Shown: positions 16,956-32,490, counted from the first letter of the stretch. The stretch: 64,000 bases of DNA from the human T2T-CHM13v2.0 reference genome, Homo sapiens (GCF_009914755.1 NC_060937.1); one strand, 5' to 3'. Program-made: numbers and translations. The notes: generated from the sequence alone by a model not told the origin.

Positions 16956-17779
16956 CATCCTCCCCTCACATTTTACACTTAAAACAAATACTCTAGTTGA
17001 TTCTGTGGCTATTTCCTTTATAACATGAGGACATAAAAATCACTTTTGATTTTATAATTATATTGCTAATTCCTAATCTTAAATTGAAGGACAACTGGCA
17101 AAAATAAAATTTATTTTATTTATAATTAAAAGAGAAGTAGTTAAATATTTGTGATTTGAATGTGTGAAGATATACTATTGATAGGCAGAGTAGGCCACAC
17201 CTTCCCAGTATTCAGGAGTATGTTGCAACCTTTGTCTAGGATATAAATGATTCAGAGACTCCTTGAGGACTATTATTAATATTTGTTTGCTACCACTGGT
17301 CCATATGCCTATTATGTGCCCAACTATACTGCATACTGTTGGGAAGGCATAAAGTCATAGTAATCATCAAAAATGTACTTCTTTTTGTAAGCACATGTAA
17401 TTTAATTTAATACTAAAGATTTCAATCAATAAAGATACTTTACCTTAATTTACTTATTACTACCATAAATATCACATACACATGAAATTGTTTTTTGCTT
17501 TTAATAGATGAAGACAAAAAAAATCCATTCATCATACCATATATATAAATATTTAGAACTTCTTGGTTTAGGCATCAATAATACAAATAGTTAAGTGCTG
17601 CTTTAAGACAGCAGATTACATTCTTGCTGTTAGGTGTCAGGCACTAGACTGGGTGATGGAGACAGAGTAGTAACATTAACTAACACATGTAAAAATGCCA
17701 AAAATCCCAGTAAAAAATAACTGTGGCTGTTGCTAGGAGGAGGATCAGAGACTCCCCTTCCCTAAGTCCTAGTTTAGAT

Positions 17780-18144
17780 GCATGCTGTCCAACATAGGGC
17801 CATACGCGGCTACTGAGCACTTGAAATGTGGCTAGTCCAAACTGAGATGTGCTGTAAGTGTAAAATACACATCAGATCTCAAACACTCAGCATGAAAAAA
17901 GGATGTAAAATAGCTTGATCATTTTTCACTTCATCTTAGCCAAAAGACCGAGAAGCGATGATCATTTTCCATATTGATTGTACATTAAAATAACATTTTT
18001 CGTATGTTGGGTTAAATAGATGTATATTATTAAAATTAATTTCACCTGTTTCTTTTTACCTCTTTGTGTGGCTAACTAGAAAATTTTAAGTTACATAGTG
18101 GCTCTCATTTCTGGCTGGCATTATATTTCTACTGGACAGCACTG
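17780..18144. mobile_element. MER33 (hAT-Charlie)
   Basis: TIRs GCTGTCCA...TGGACAGC; internal GAGCACTTGAAATGTGGCTAG and AAAATTAATTTCACCTGTTTC. Confidence 0.85.
17927..17959 (-). pseudogene. U2 snRNA 3'-truncated retrocopy (nt 1-33)
   Basis: Minus strand ATCGCTTCTCGGTCTTTTGGCTAAGATGAAGTG, 31/33 match to the U2 5' end; direct repeats GATCATTTT on both sides. Confidence 0.9.
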
Positions 18145-18329
18145 AGGTAGAGCATCTGAACCAACACTAGAACAAAACATACAAAGTTTTCCTTCTAGGT
18201 TTGAGCTATATTTTACTGTATAATGCTGCTTCTATTGCTTACACATTTAGTAAAAGTATCGTTGCTTTTGGATGGATCTGTCACCACCAAATGTATGACA
18301 CTGCATTAGGCATTAGGAAAACAAGTAAC

Positions 18330-18545
18330 AACGATTAAAAACTAATACTGAGTGCTTACTCTGGTACTGTGCTGAAAACTTTAAATCCCGTCAAACTCCC
18401 TCAACAACCCTATGATTCAGGTATTATTACTATGTTCATTTTGCAGTGGGTGTAGTAACTTGCCCAGGGCCACTAAGGAGGCAGGTCTTGAAGCCAAGCA
18501 AGCACGAAGACTCTAAAGTCCATACTGTGCTCTTAACCCTGTGTC
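18330..18545 (-). mobile_element. MIR
   Basis: CTCAACAACCCTATG...GGTATTATTA...TTCATTTTGCAG...TAACTTGCCCAGGG. Confidence 0.75.
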
Positions 18546-18641
18546 CTGCAGATAAGATTCCTGCCTCTTAGGGGGTGCAAGGGCCAGCCAGAAAGATACA
18601 GACACACCATAATAATACAAGGTGAAAAATAAGAGGGAGCC

Positions 18642-18742
18642 AGAGAGAGAGAGAAGAAAGAGAGAAGGGGAGAGGAGGGAGAAGAGAGAGGAGAGAGGAG
18701 AGGGGAGAGAGACAGAGACAGAAAGAGAGAGAGAAAGAGAAA
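18642..18742. repeat. GA-rich purine tract
   Basis: About 100 nt of nearly pure A/G. Confidence 0.9.
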
Positions 18743-19242
18743 GGATGCATGTTTTGGGAGGGGTAGGATTAGGGAAAGCTTTCTAAAGAGTCATATTTCA
18801 ACCAAATCTCAAAAGGATGAGTTGGATTCACTGTCAGGGAAGGGAGTTGCAAGATAAAAAATATTTCTGGTATTTTTACTACTAAGTAAGACTAATTATC
18901 AACCAAGTAAAATGATGTACTTTAGTGAGGGTGGGGTTCTCTTCCTTTTGGAGTTACCTACTGCCTCCTTTGATTTGCAACATCAAAGCAAGCAGGTGCT
19001 AGTCATTTATTGAGCTTCAGAGCACAACACGAAGAGATGTGAAAAAGGTGAAAGCCCTGACCTCCTGCCATCTCAATTTTCCATAAAGTTTCCTGATGAC
19101 CTGGTTTCCAGGTAGACAAATCAGGAGTATGGTTGAATGCGACTGATTTCTCTTGTGGATAATTCACAGGGGCAATTGCTCATAGATCTAAAAGGGAGGG
19201 AGAGAGAAAGTGGGAAAGTCTTTAAAAATGATTTCTACTTAC

Positions 19243-19302
19243 AGTGTCGTAATTTTGTTCTAAGAAGTCTGCTACCAACACTTTATGTCTGGTTAGTAAA
19301 TC
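19243..19302 (-). CDS. CAB39L: CAB39L coding exon (DLLTRHKVLVADFLEQNYDT)
   Basis: Acceptor TTTTCTAG|GATTTA, donor ACT|GTAAGT; 60 nt. Confidence 0.96.
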
Positions 19303-19575
19303 CTAGAAAAAGAAAAACCAAGTGAAACAAAACTGTTATAGCTATTAATATTACAAATGTGTCTTTTCTAAGGTTTAAGAACATATAAAAGTTGCAGAAG
19401 AACATTTTCATTTGCGCCACAAAATTATTTCCATTCCTAGCTTAGCCTAAGATGTGAAATACAAGTTTGTTTCATGTTAGAAAAGAAAAACTCTGGTGTT
19501 AAACCTAGTGTTTCAAATTCATATTGTTAGATTTATGATAGAAATAATTTAACTGGTGAAACAAATGGAACTTGA

Positions 19576-19853
<278 letters not shown>

Positions 19854-21120
19854 CTTAACCACTTTTAAAATGGGCGCCTCGGATACTGGAAGCATAGGAC
19901 TGACATTTAGCAGTGTCAAACCAGTATTGTTCCTGCTCTTGGGTTAATGGGATGTAAGGTGTTGTGCAAGTTACTAAGTAGCACAATCCATCCTTTCAAA
20001 ATTGAAGATGAGTAGCCCTATCTTATGGCAGATATAAACTTGCAGAAAACTGAACAAAGCATGAAGAAACATTTGACTGTCTTCAACTCATACCTAAATT
20101 ATATCCTTAACTCACTTTAATGTTGTAGGAAAACAAGCCTCACTTAATCCCTTTTATATGCTTAGAGGCTAAATGCCCTGTCTAGGTGCTATGAAAAATT
20201 TAATTAAAAACATAACAAGAATTTTAAAGTTTTCCAAAATAAATTCTTTTAATACATATTTAATTAAAATTTCCTAAAAGCATATAGAAGGTACACAACA
20301 TAACTTCACAAAGAAAAGGCAGATAACAACCATAATAAAACCCACTTATTTCTACTTTAATTTTTTAAAAAGTAAAATATTTAAAGCATTGTGTACTATA
20401 ATTTTCAAATTCAAAAATAATAAGAGTGGCTCTTAATTCCCTATTGCTATCACACAACTTGATCAACCACTGGGCCTATCAGTGGAAACATGGTGTTTTT
20501 CCCCCCCAGTGGAGCAGAGCATTCATTACCACTCTGGAACTGAAGTTCTAAAATGGAAAACCATTTACAGGGGTTCCGTTCCCACCCCGTCAAAGGTCTT
20601 GATTCAAACTAGTTCCTGCATCAGGGGACCCTTGAAAGAGTAAGGTAGTTCCACAAGATCCTTTGAGGTCCCTACTCTTTTTTTTAAAGGATAATATTGG
20701 TGTCATGCTTTCAAGCATCCCTCCCCTAACATCATAGAAACCCCATGAGCAGTAATAGAAATTTTCTGAGCTGAACCAGGGCAGAGGGACCCCCCTCTAT
20801 GGGCTGCAGCAGACACTGTGGATTGCTGCACCCATGGGAGTTCTCTACCTGCTTCAACTATCGTCAGCCTTGAAAGTGAGGACTGGGTTCCCCACACTGC
20901 AGGCCCAGCGCACACAGCCCCAGTGGCAACAAAAAGAGCAGGTTGCAGATCAGTGCTGCCTTGAAAGGTTGTGTCATACATTAGTGTTACCCCAAAGAAA
21001 AAGGGATCAGGAGGGAGTTAGGTTAAAACCAACACTTTCAAATTCCAAGGCAAGAAAACCTTGAAACAGCTTGAAAATCCAGTATTAGGAAACCATAATA
21101 GGGTGGGGTAGAATTCCTCC

Positions 21121-21161
21121 AGCATATATATATATGCTAGATATATATATATATATATGCT

Positions 21162-21193
<32 letters not shown>
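21121..21193. repeat. Compound (TA)n microsatellite with GCTAG interruptions
   Basis: Direct read. Confidence 0.92.
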
Positions 21194-21195
<2 letters not shown>

Positions 21196-21749
21196 TATCA
21201 TGGATACAGCCAATAAACAATGCACACATTCCCTCTCTCACGCCCACATTTCCACTCCAGTGTGTAATGGGATTGATACATGGATATACCCTCAAATTTA
21301 TGTACATAATAAATGTATATACAAACCACATATACATACACACAGGCTTATGTACACATAATACATAGACAAATATAATTGCTGCATTATAGATCACATA
21401 ACTGAGTGAAAAAAAAAAAAAGAAACCACAAAAAAAACAGCTAGGATCCTACCCAAGAAGGAAAAGACAGAAAATTGTGAAGGAAAATAAAGTTCAAACT
21501 CCAAAGAATTTAGAATTTAAAAACCTTAATTCAAATAGTGTACTCTTTCATCCTACCTCCTAACAATTCTGTTTTGAGAGGCCTAAGTTTTGCATAGTAT
21601 ATTATGCTGAAAAATCTGATATCTATATTTTTAATGAATACTGCTTGAGAGAAACTTGGGGTAGAGTGAGAGAGACACTTAATTGCAGGGACATAAAAGG
21701 CTGAGGAGCCAGCGACAGCTGCCGTTTAGAGGGCTGACTGTGCTGGGGA

Positions 21750-21915
21750 GTGTACCGAGCACTTTGCAAATACGGTTTCTGATCTTCACAAGTCCGTGAA
21801 AAAGGGATGATTTTCTTCATTTCAGATGTGGAAAATAAAACTCAAAGGTTAACTAAATTGCTCAAGGACATCCAGCTTATCAGGTGGCAGAGAAAGACAG
21901 AATTCAAACCACTTC
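21750..21915 (-). mobile_element. MIR
   Basis: CATTTCAGATGTGGAAA...AGGTTAACTAAATTGCTCAAGG. Confidence 0.6.
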
Positions 21916-23337
21916 TATTATGGGAATTTTTAGAGGGAGGGATGAAAGAGATTATGGTTGTACGGAATCCTTTTTGGGAAAAGACTTTTGGTAGACAAAT
22001 CTATGCCAAAATAAAAAACTAACAATGTTACAATATTAATAACTAAACTGAGCAACAGTCCCTTTAAGAGCTCAAAACCAAAAAGATTAGGAGGTTATAA
22101 AAAACCCAAAACCAATGCCAAAATCAAGTCAATCATCCAACCAAACAAAACCCTTTGAAACCAGCTACTTTAAAAAAAAAAGTGATTTATGGTCATTGTT
22201 ACATTATATTAACCATAAGCATTTGGTAAAATAAAGAAAATTGGTGTTTCCAAAACTGACAGCATACTAGAAAACTTTTTATGATTATTTAGATTTTAAA
22301 GGATTGACTTAAATTCAATGGAAAATTGGCTTAAATACAAATCAAAACACCATTTATTTTTGTCATTCAATATTGTTGCTGAAAATTAAATTGGGCTGAA
22401 TATATGACAGCAAGAAATTACTATCAAGTACATCTTATTCTATCAAATGTTTAAAAACCTTTGGGGAAATTTTCAGAAATACATATTAAGTATTTGCTTT
22501 CCTCCTCTATTGGCGTTTGTTCTATGTTTGTAATTATGTGAAGGCTTACTTTTTTTTAAAAAATGAATTTACTTGTTTCCATGACAGCGAAGAGCCATCT
22601 GATAGGAAAGGGGAAAAAAATGGGACTGTAGTGTCTATTATTAGCAAACACCTCCTTAGTAGTTTAGACACAGACATTTTGGTAGAAAGAAATGGAATCA
22701 TCCTTTGTATTTAATGTCATTCTTCATGTTGGATGCAACCGAGGCCTATCTCACCACTAGCTCTAGATCCACCTTTTGAGGGGATCATCTCTAGCCGCTG
22801 TACAATTTTTGTCTTCCGGGGTGAGAAACAGCCACTCCTGGGATTTCCAACACTCGGAGCCCGGAGCCATGCTGCCCTCACCGCCCCTCCCTTCACCCAG
22901 CAGTCACTTCCAGGAGTCTGTTCCCAAGCCCTTCCTCCTTCTTTTCCTTCCTTCCTTCCCTCACTCGGCTGTTCTCCCGAGATTTCAGTTTCCTTACTCC
23001 AAGCTTCCCATTCTTCATACTCCGCCTCTCGTTAACTCCCCTTCTTCCCTTCCCCTTCTTTTCCTTGCCCTTTTCTGTCTACCCAGACCTCCCCTGTGGG
23101 CTCCTCCTCTCTTCCCTGTTTTCTTCAGGGAGACCATAGGACGCTGGCAGGCTGAATGGAGGCCTGTGGACACCCGAGCAGGCTGCAAACTCCTTCCCTT
23201 CAAACCCGGACGCTAGAGGCCTTGTGTTTGTTGCAGTTTTGCCTGAGGCTTTGGGGAAATGATGGCATTGCGGTTCCTTTCCTCTGATGTCTCGGGCAAT
23301 TCAGTGCTTGTCCGAAACCCGCACACCCTCCTGCTTA

Positions 23338-23655
<318 letters not shown>

Positions 23656-24528
23656 TTAACTGGGCTTACCCTGCTCCTAGGCAGCTGTTAACAACCAGCT
23701 GCTGTTGCTTAAGCCTGCCCTGGAATCCACCCCCAGCCCACCCCAAGTGGCTTCCAAATATTCCCATCATTCTCAAACAGTATTCTCCCTCCAGAGTTCT
23801 TGTCAATTAAATTTTCCTTTGCATCCTGTATTTCCAGAGATGGCCTGGTTGCCTTTATAGATCGTGTGCCAGGCAGCTGCCAGGACTTGCCTCCCGCTTA
23901 ACCACCCACCACTCTTTGGTCTTCTCCATCACAACAAATCTCTCTGACGGCCCAGCCTGCAGGCTCCGCCTCCAGGGAGACCACGCCCCGTCCCTCACCC
24001 TCCGCCAGGCATTCTTCTCCCTAAGTCCCAGCTTCCTTCTGCCCCACTGACATCTCCTACCCTTTACCACTCTCTGACACTCTCTCACACTTTGTGTCAC
24101 CATGTGACCTAATATACCTTTCAACAGATTTATGGCACCTTCTCAGAACAGGCTGGGTAACTTCCTAGTCTGCAGATAATAGGTAGTTTTCAGCAGAGCA
24201 AACCACTGCTTTCCCCTTTTTCCACCTCTGGAGAGCTATTTAAAAGAACTATTTACCATCTAAGTCATAGGCAACTTTCAATCACTGTTCATAAAGTAAT
24301 ACGATTGGAGTATGTATTAATATTAGTATATGGACTATATCGATATTATTGAAATACATATTTAAGGTAATATATAAAAAATAAAAATTCATACATGGAT
24401 TACAATTAAGTAAAACTTGTAAAAAAAAGTTACATACGTATATCCTGAAAAAAGTATAAATTAATTTGGAGTTATGTAAATAGAACAATTAAATTGCTAA
24501 AATGCTTTTGAAGAAATGAATCTGAATA

Positions 24529-24552
24529 CATATATATATATATATATATATA
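24529..24552. repeat. (TA)n
   Basis: Direct read. Confidence 0.9.
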
Positions 24553-25069
24553 CATTTAAATGAGTCTTACCTACTTTTTAAACCTGAAAACCTATTTTTT
24601 TCAATGATGCTGTTACATTGTCAGTCTATAGTATTTTTTGAATTCCTCTTCTCAAACAGCTTCAGAGCTGATTTGGTAGACATTGAAGAAAATCATATCT
24701 ATTTTATTTCTATTTATATCTTAAAATTAGTTTTCTTATAATTATTATCCCTCCCCAAATAATTCTAGCTAACTTGATCACCCACTTTATACACTAACCG
24801 GAATGTCAAATAGGCTTTTGTTTCCAAAACTTTTATCTGCCCTTGAATGATAAAAGTTTGCCATTATTGAAAAATGAGCATGTAATACACATTGATACCA
24901 ACTTCAAAATATGTTAAATAATAGCAGGATCATAAGCCTAAGTAACTGGTTTTCTAAAATAGAAATCTCGAATGTAACATCACTCATTAGATGACTAAGT
25001 TTTGGTATGTTTGTCTGCAAATTAGCTGCACTCTTTTCTGATATATTCTCTGAACATTTTTTTGATGAT

Positions 25070-25220
25070 AAAATACAGAAACCAAAAGTAAAATGATTGT
25101 CAGGGGCTGGAGGGAGGAGGAAATGGGGAGTTATTATTTAATAAGTATAGAGGTAGAGTTTGAATTTTTCAAAATAAAAAAGTTCTGGTAGTTGGTTGCC
25201 TAACAATGTGAATATATTGC
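25070..25220 (+). mobile_element. L1MB/MC 3' fragment
   Basis: CAGGGGCTGGAGGGAGGAGGAAATGGGGAGTTATT...AACAATGTGAATAT. Confidence 0.7.
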
Positions 25221-25817
25221 ATCCTACGATTTCCTACATAGTGACAAAGTAGATAATACATGATCAAACTATAGATGATTATGAAACAACGACAATATAA
25301 TTTCTTACTATTTTGTTTCACCATGTGGACATTTAAAAATTTCATTCATAAAATAACATGATGTCCTTCATATTCAAAGATGTAATTCTCCATCTCCCTT
25401 CACTACCTAGTTCCTTTCCCCAGAATTAATCACTGTTGCTGTTTCCTATGCATCCTTGCAGAGGTATTCAGTGCATATGTACCTTAAGTGGAAGCTTATG
25501 CCCTTTAATCTGTTTTTAACATAAATGACAGCATGCCACACACAGAGCACTACATATTCCTTTCCCACGTAACTGTATATACTGGAATTCACTCCATTTG
25601 AGCTTGTGACAAATATTTTGAGTTGTTTTCCTGCAATAGGACAGACTGGCCTCATAGACTGCATTCTATTTACAGATTCCTCTTATGATCCACATCATAC
25701 ATGGTTGGCTACACTGAGGCCTAAGAAGTAAAATTTCTTGCTTTTTAAAATTAAATTGCCTCTTCAGGGGCCAAGTGACTATAAATTGACCTAGCTGAGT
25801 TGGAAAAAAAAAATTAC

Positions 25818-25986
25818 CTTGAAAGTAGCAAAGGCATCTGAAGCAATATCAAATGTTGACAACTCCACGTACTTAAAGAAATCTCTGAATTGATTAGAAA
25901 AGAGGATGATTTTGGCAAGTGGTTCATGTCGAATACATTCTCTCAGCATAATCCCACAACGTAAGGCAATCTGTGGGGCTTCATAT
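25818..25986 (-). CDS. CAB39L: CAB39L coding exon ([22 protein letters not shown]...DAFATFK)
   Basis: Acceptor CTTTAG|ATATGAA, donor AAG|GTAATT; 169 nt, phase 2/0, restores frame with the previous exon. Confidence 0.97.
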
Positions 25987-26104
25987 CTAAAGCGTAAACA
26001 AGAGAGAAATAGAGAACTCTGTTATCCTATTAAAATAATATTAATGGCATCAAAAGAACCATTTCAATACTGCTATTAATGGAAGCATACATACCATTTG
26101 TCAC

Positions 26105-26334
26105 GATTCATTCAATATCCACTGAAGATCTACTATGTGCCTGGCACTATTGCAGACGTATTCTGGAATTTGAGTGTATTCTGAAACACTTAGATATACT
26201 CAAATATGAACATGGTGACAGCTGGGGGTGGGGGGATGAGGCAGAATGTAAACAATGAAAAGATAATTTCATACACTGAGAAGGGCTGTAAAAACTGTTG
26301 ACAATAAAATACGCCACATTATAAAGGTGACTAA

Positions 26335-26374
<40 letters not shown>

Positions 26375-27130
26375 TGACTACTTAAGTTACTTTACTTTAG
26401 ACTCAAGGAAAAGGCAAAATGTTCCAGGCAAAGGGAAAAAACTGTTCAAAGGCTCCATGGCAAGAACAGGCTTGGCGAAACAGAGAAGGAGGAATAAAGC
26501 CTGTGTGATTCGATTGTAGAGGAAGAACCGTGAGTGGTGTGAAATGAGGCAGGGGTGGAGAGAAGGGCAGGGGCCAGATCCCAGATCAGATACAGCTTTG
26601 TCAGCCAAGGTAAGCAGTTGGTTTTATTTTAAGTGTAATGGGAAGCCTTTGGAGAGTTTAAAGCAAGAAATTGACAAGACTAACTTATGCTTTAAAAAGA
26701 TCACTCTGGCTTCTTGTTGAGAATGTCTGTAAAACAGCAGGAGACATATAAGAACAGGAGCAGAACCCAGGAGAGGGAACGGGGGCTTGGCCTGGGGTGG
26801 CAGGAGCAGAACAGAGGACTGTGGGCAGGTGGTGGATACTGTTCGGAGGAAGAGTCAACAAGACTTGCTGATGATGTAGCTGGAGTTGGGTGAGGGAATA
26901 AATTTGGAAACTGAGAATTCACGAATGATTCCTATGTTTTTGGCTTGAATCACTGGGTAGATGGTGGTGCTATTTATTAAGATGAATAAACTAGTAGAGG
27001 AACAAGTTAGTAAAGAAATTAAGAGTTTGTGGTTGACCACATTAGTTTTGAGATGGCTGATATCTAAGTAGAAAGGTCTCCTTGGCAGTATGATACACTT
27101 ATCTGGACTTTAGGAAAAAGATAGGAGAGA
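26105..27130 (-). mobile_element. L2 with internal (TG)n at 26337-26372
   Basis: ATTCATTCAA...CTACTATGTGCCTGGCAC L2 tail; TTTAAAAAGATCACTCTGGC. Confidence 0.8.
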
Positions 27131-27544
27131 CCTATATAAATATATGATTTGCATGCAGTAGGTGGCTAATACATAGCTGTGGACTGATTGACTCACTTAA
27201 ATCCTAAGTGGAATCATGGCTCACAACAAAAAATATGCTAGACAAACGAAACGTCTACTGTGGGAAACAATTCAGGACTGGCATACCAGATTGGTTCCAT
27301 TTCTAATACAACAACAATCTCTCAAAGTCAAATTCAGTCTCTAAGTAAGTTTAAGATATATTCCAGTGTGTGATAAGATTTCAAGAAAATGAATAATGCT
27401 TAGCCCAAGTACAACAAGCCCTGTATTGAAATAATACAGTTGACAATTGTGTGGTAAATATAGGAAGAATAGAACAAAGAAAGATATAGTTGTGATACAC
27501 TGGGAAGTGAGCAGAATATAGGGCCCCCTCCAAAAAAAAAAATC

Positions 27545-27840
27545 TGGTGGGGCGTGACTGCTCACTCCTGTACTCCCAGCACTTTGGGAGGCTGAGGTGG
27601 ATGGACTGCTTATGCTCAGGAGTTCGAGACCAGCCTGGGCAACATGGCTGACTTTACAAAAAATAAAAAAATAAAAAATTTAGCTGAGACCCTGACTTTA
27701 CAAAAACTAAAAAAATTAGCTGGACATGGTGGCACACGCCTGTAGTCCCAGCTACTCAGGAGGCTGAGGTGGGAGATTGCTTGACCCTGGAAAGTTAAGC
27801 GAGACTCTGTCTCCAAAAATAAAAATAAAATAAAATAAAA
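27545..27840 (+). mobile_element. AluJ, internally rearranged
   Basis: Duplicated A-rich linker and deletion in the right arm. Confidence 0.88.
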
Positions 27841-30136
27841 TCTGACCATATTTTTAAAGAGATATCATTGACCATTTCAACTGAATACTAGTTTTTATGG
27901 AACTTTTATGATACTATAAAACTTTAAGATATTTTATTACTCATCAACTACTAGTAACAACATTTGTTGAACAATAAGTAATGTACTACTCTTTATAAGA
28001 TTATAGAATTTTCATGAAAGACAGATTCAAGAATAAAGATTCAATTGAGGAAATAGACTACTTTCCAATATCAAATTTACAAATATTAGTAGAAGAAACA
28101 GCAAACAAAGATACCAGGGTGGTATTTATTCATTTTTGTCCTGTTTATGCAGAATGATATTCACAAATATTGAGTATTCCCTGAATAACTCATAGTAACA
28201 TTAAATGCTGATACATTCAGATAGTCATGATTCTTTGTAGAATATAAGGAATGCCAATTTATAGTGCTAGCAATTTCTCTTATTAGAAAAACCTGAAACT
28301 CAGCCTATTGGCTCACAAGGAACAGTTGTCAGGTGGGGTTTTATTAAAGATGTTGTAAAGAGGGGTATATGTTCTGAAATGTAAAGGAGAAAAGCACTGT
28401 CATTTATTGATAGAGTACTCAAGAGAGTATAAAATAAAGGCTGTTGGCCTAGAGAAAGAATCTAAGGGAAGGACAATTAAAATCCAGACTTATTGATCAG
28501 CAAGATATATGTGGATTTTTGTAATTTGGCCCTAACCTTAACTTTTCAGTTTCATCTCCCATCACATTCGTTATTTCCCTGGAGCCCCTCATTCCCTCAA
28601 TTGGAATGCCCTTCTTACATTCCCACAACTCAGATGCTTCTCATCTCTCAAGGCTTAGTTCAAATGCCATCTCCTCCTTGAAGCCTTTCCTAATCACTAC
28701 AATTCAGGATTATTCTTTCTGCCCTTCACACTCATATAACAGCTTGTCTGTAATTTCTCTTTAACACTTTTTTCATTCTGTATTATGTTATACTGCAGTA
28801 AATTGCTATAGGTCTATTTTCTTCATTACAATCAATTTAATTGTTGGGGATATGTTTTACTTATCCTGTTACCTTCTCCTCTCCTCCCCTATCCCCATCT
28901 CCATTTGGTGTCTATGTCATTTATTGCTACTTTCTCCTGTCCCTACCCCAGTCTCCGAAGAGTGCCTATTATAATGTTTTTCACGAAGCATGCATATAAT
29001 GAATTTAATGAACCTCAAACTGAAGAAATGTCTTAATACTAGAGTACTCTAATGAGAGTCAAACTCTGACGTATACAAAATATGCATCATCTCTGGCCAA
29101 CATTTTCTTATTTCTTAATTCAATTTCCAAACTAAGACCATCTATAAAAAGTTTCCACTCTAACTTTTGGGTATAATTAGTTCTCTTTTTCCTTTCATTT
29201 CGTGAAGCTTATTGAAACCATCTGTGATGCACTGACAGTTTATTCTTGAGAATCAAAAGAATGTTTTTAAAAAACCAAGACTCCTCTGGGTCAGCACACT
29301 TGTCATTTCATCCCAGCAGTTTGACATCTGTCATTCTGAGATTACAACTTCTTAAATTCAGAAATACATAGGGATATACAGAGATATATAGGGAATTCTA
29401 ATTCTCCTCAGTACTCTTTAAGTGATTTATAATTCACATAGATCATTTCTACCTGACTACCCTCTAGTATATTGACTTTTGATAGGTTATTGCTTACTAT
29501 TTAAAGAAGTGCTCCAAAAGATAAGCTTAGGTTAAGTTTCAAATCCCACTAACATTAATATCCTTAGGTCTGTTAAAGAATCAATATGTATCCCACCTAA
29601 TCTATTCTACTCATAGATAAGCTTCCTGATGGCAAGGATCCTGCCTAATTACTGCATTTTCCACAATGGCTAACCCATGGCAGGTCCCCAGTAAAGGTTA
29701 ATCTGATGAATGCTGAATCACTATTTTATAGAACTGAATCTTATCTTCCCTCTTGATTTGTAATTTAGATCATATAGTCTGGACTATAATGAACTGTGTC
29801 AGTGTGGAGAAGGCACTATCTAGGCATGCCCATCAAATAATGACAGCATAATGAAAAGTCTCTCTCAAATTTAATGAAAGCCAAAATGTAAGAGCAATGG
29901 TCTCAGCTGGCAGTGAGCTACAGTAATCATTACACAGAAAATGGTCAGAAGAATGATCTTGTGCAAGAATATTTCAATTTAAGAACAAAGATTACATTAT
30001 GTAAGGGGGAAAATGACTTTTGTGATTATTGCTGGAAGTAAACAAGGCCAGGAAATACCTGGAAAGCTTTTGTAAAATGCCATTCAACAAACACTTGGCC
30101 TCCTCAATATAGTCAAGAACGTATGTTTCTAATCTA

Positions 30137-30466
<330 letters not shown>

Positions 30467-30499
30467 AAAATAATGAGTTAGTTCTGTCCACCAAAAAGG

Positions 30500-31340
30500 C
30501 CTAGAAGCAATAACAATCCAATGTCAATGAGCACCCCTAGCAACCAGATTGTAGTCTCTAAGAACCATTTCTCTCTAAAAAGAACCAACATCCTTGGTAG
30601 AAATTTCAGGTCTTTGTCAGCAAATGTACAAGTTGGGTGGCATATCTCGTTACACCAGAAAGCAAAGAAGCTCTCAGAAACTATTTTAGTGATGTTAAGA
30701 GATATCACCTAGAAGGGGCCACAGATGGCCAATTGAGCATTAAAAAAACATGTGTAGAACTAAATAAGACATATAGAAAACATTAAATCCATTAGTTCAT
30801 CAGATACTAGAAGAGTGTGTGTCTCTGTACATATATAAATATATATATATATTTATACACACACACATATATAAAGGCAGGGGGAGGGAGGGAAATAACT
30901 CATTAGACACCGATGAAAGTTCCTAGGATATCTTATTTTTCTCTAAAATGATAATTAAAAGAAAAGAATTGAGCATTTATTCTGCCTCTCTGGTATGAAT
31001 TATACTTCAGAGTATTCTAACACCTGAAGCTGTGGTGGGTGAATGACAGTATTCTCTATAAAACTACTTTAGCCAATAAAAAATACAAAAGGAATGACAG
31101 AATTCAAAATTACCTTTTTGTCACCTCTAGCAAAATGACGGAATCAGGCAATGTTCATCAATGGATGGTAAAACAATTAAGTTTAAGGTTGATGGGAAAC
31201 TTTATAGTGGATTAGACTGTCACCAACTGAACCCATTGCTCAGTCTTAGCATTACTAAAAGTACATCTCCTAATGTGATGAAATATGAACTACATAGCAC
31301 CATCTATAAAATAACTGCCAAAATGAAACTGCTTAAAATT
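30500..31340 (+). mobile_element. Ancient L1M (MC/ME) 3' region
   Basis: AACCATTTCTCTCTAAAAAGAACCA and AGGCAATGTTCATCAATGG motifs; approximate. Confidence 0.45.
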
Positions 31341-31856
31341 TTTTATAATAGACTTAAAAAAACAGGATAATTGGGAGAAATTTATGATTTTAACATCAGC
31401 CTTCTGGAACATAGTCCACTGGCCACAGTTCTTTATGGATCACTGAGAGCTGTTCAGTGACCTCATTCTCAAGTTCTCTCAGTACCCTGGAATGTCATTT
31501 GCCTGAGCCAGAAGACAAATTCATTTAGAGTGAGTAAGTCCTTATTTATAATCTTTTCATAGAACTTGGGCTCCAAATACTTTTTACCATGTTTAATACC
31601 ACATATCCAGATAATTCTCTTTGATACACAAGTATCAATTGCTTTTTGTCTTATATTCTTTATGGTTAGACTTAGGTTCTATACAGAATGTTACTATCAT
31701 ACTCTCATTTATATTATTGTTTGATGTGTAAATGTACCAATCAAGTTATGCCCTAGGTTTTAAAGTGACTTCACAAGGATAATTCGGTAAAAATCCTGAC
31801 TTTTAAGAAGGGCTAAATCTCTAGCATTCAGTGCTAAATTAGAAAATGGTAACAGG

Positions 31857-32490
<634 letters not shown>

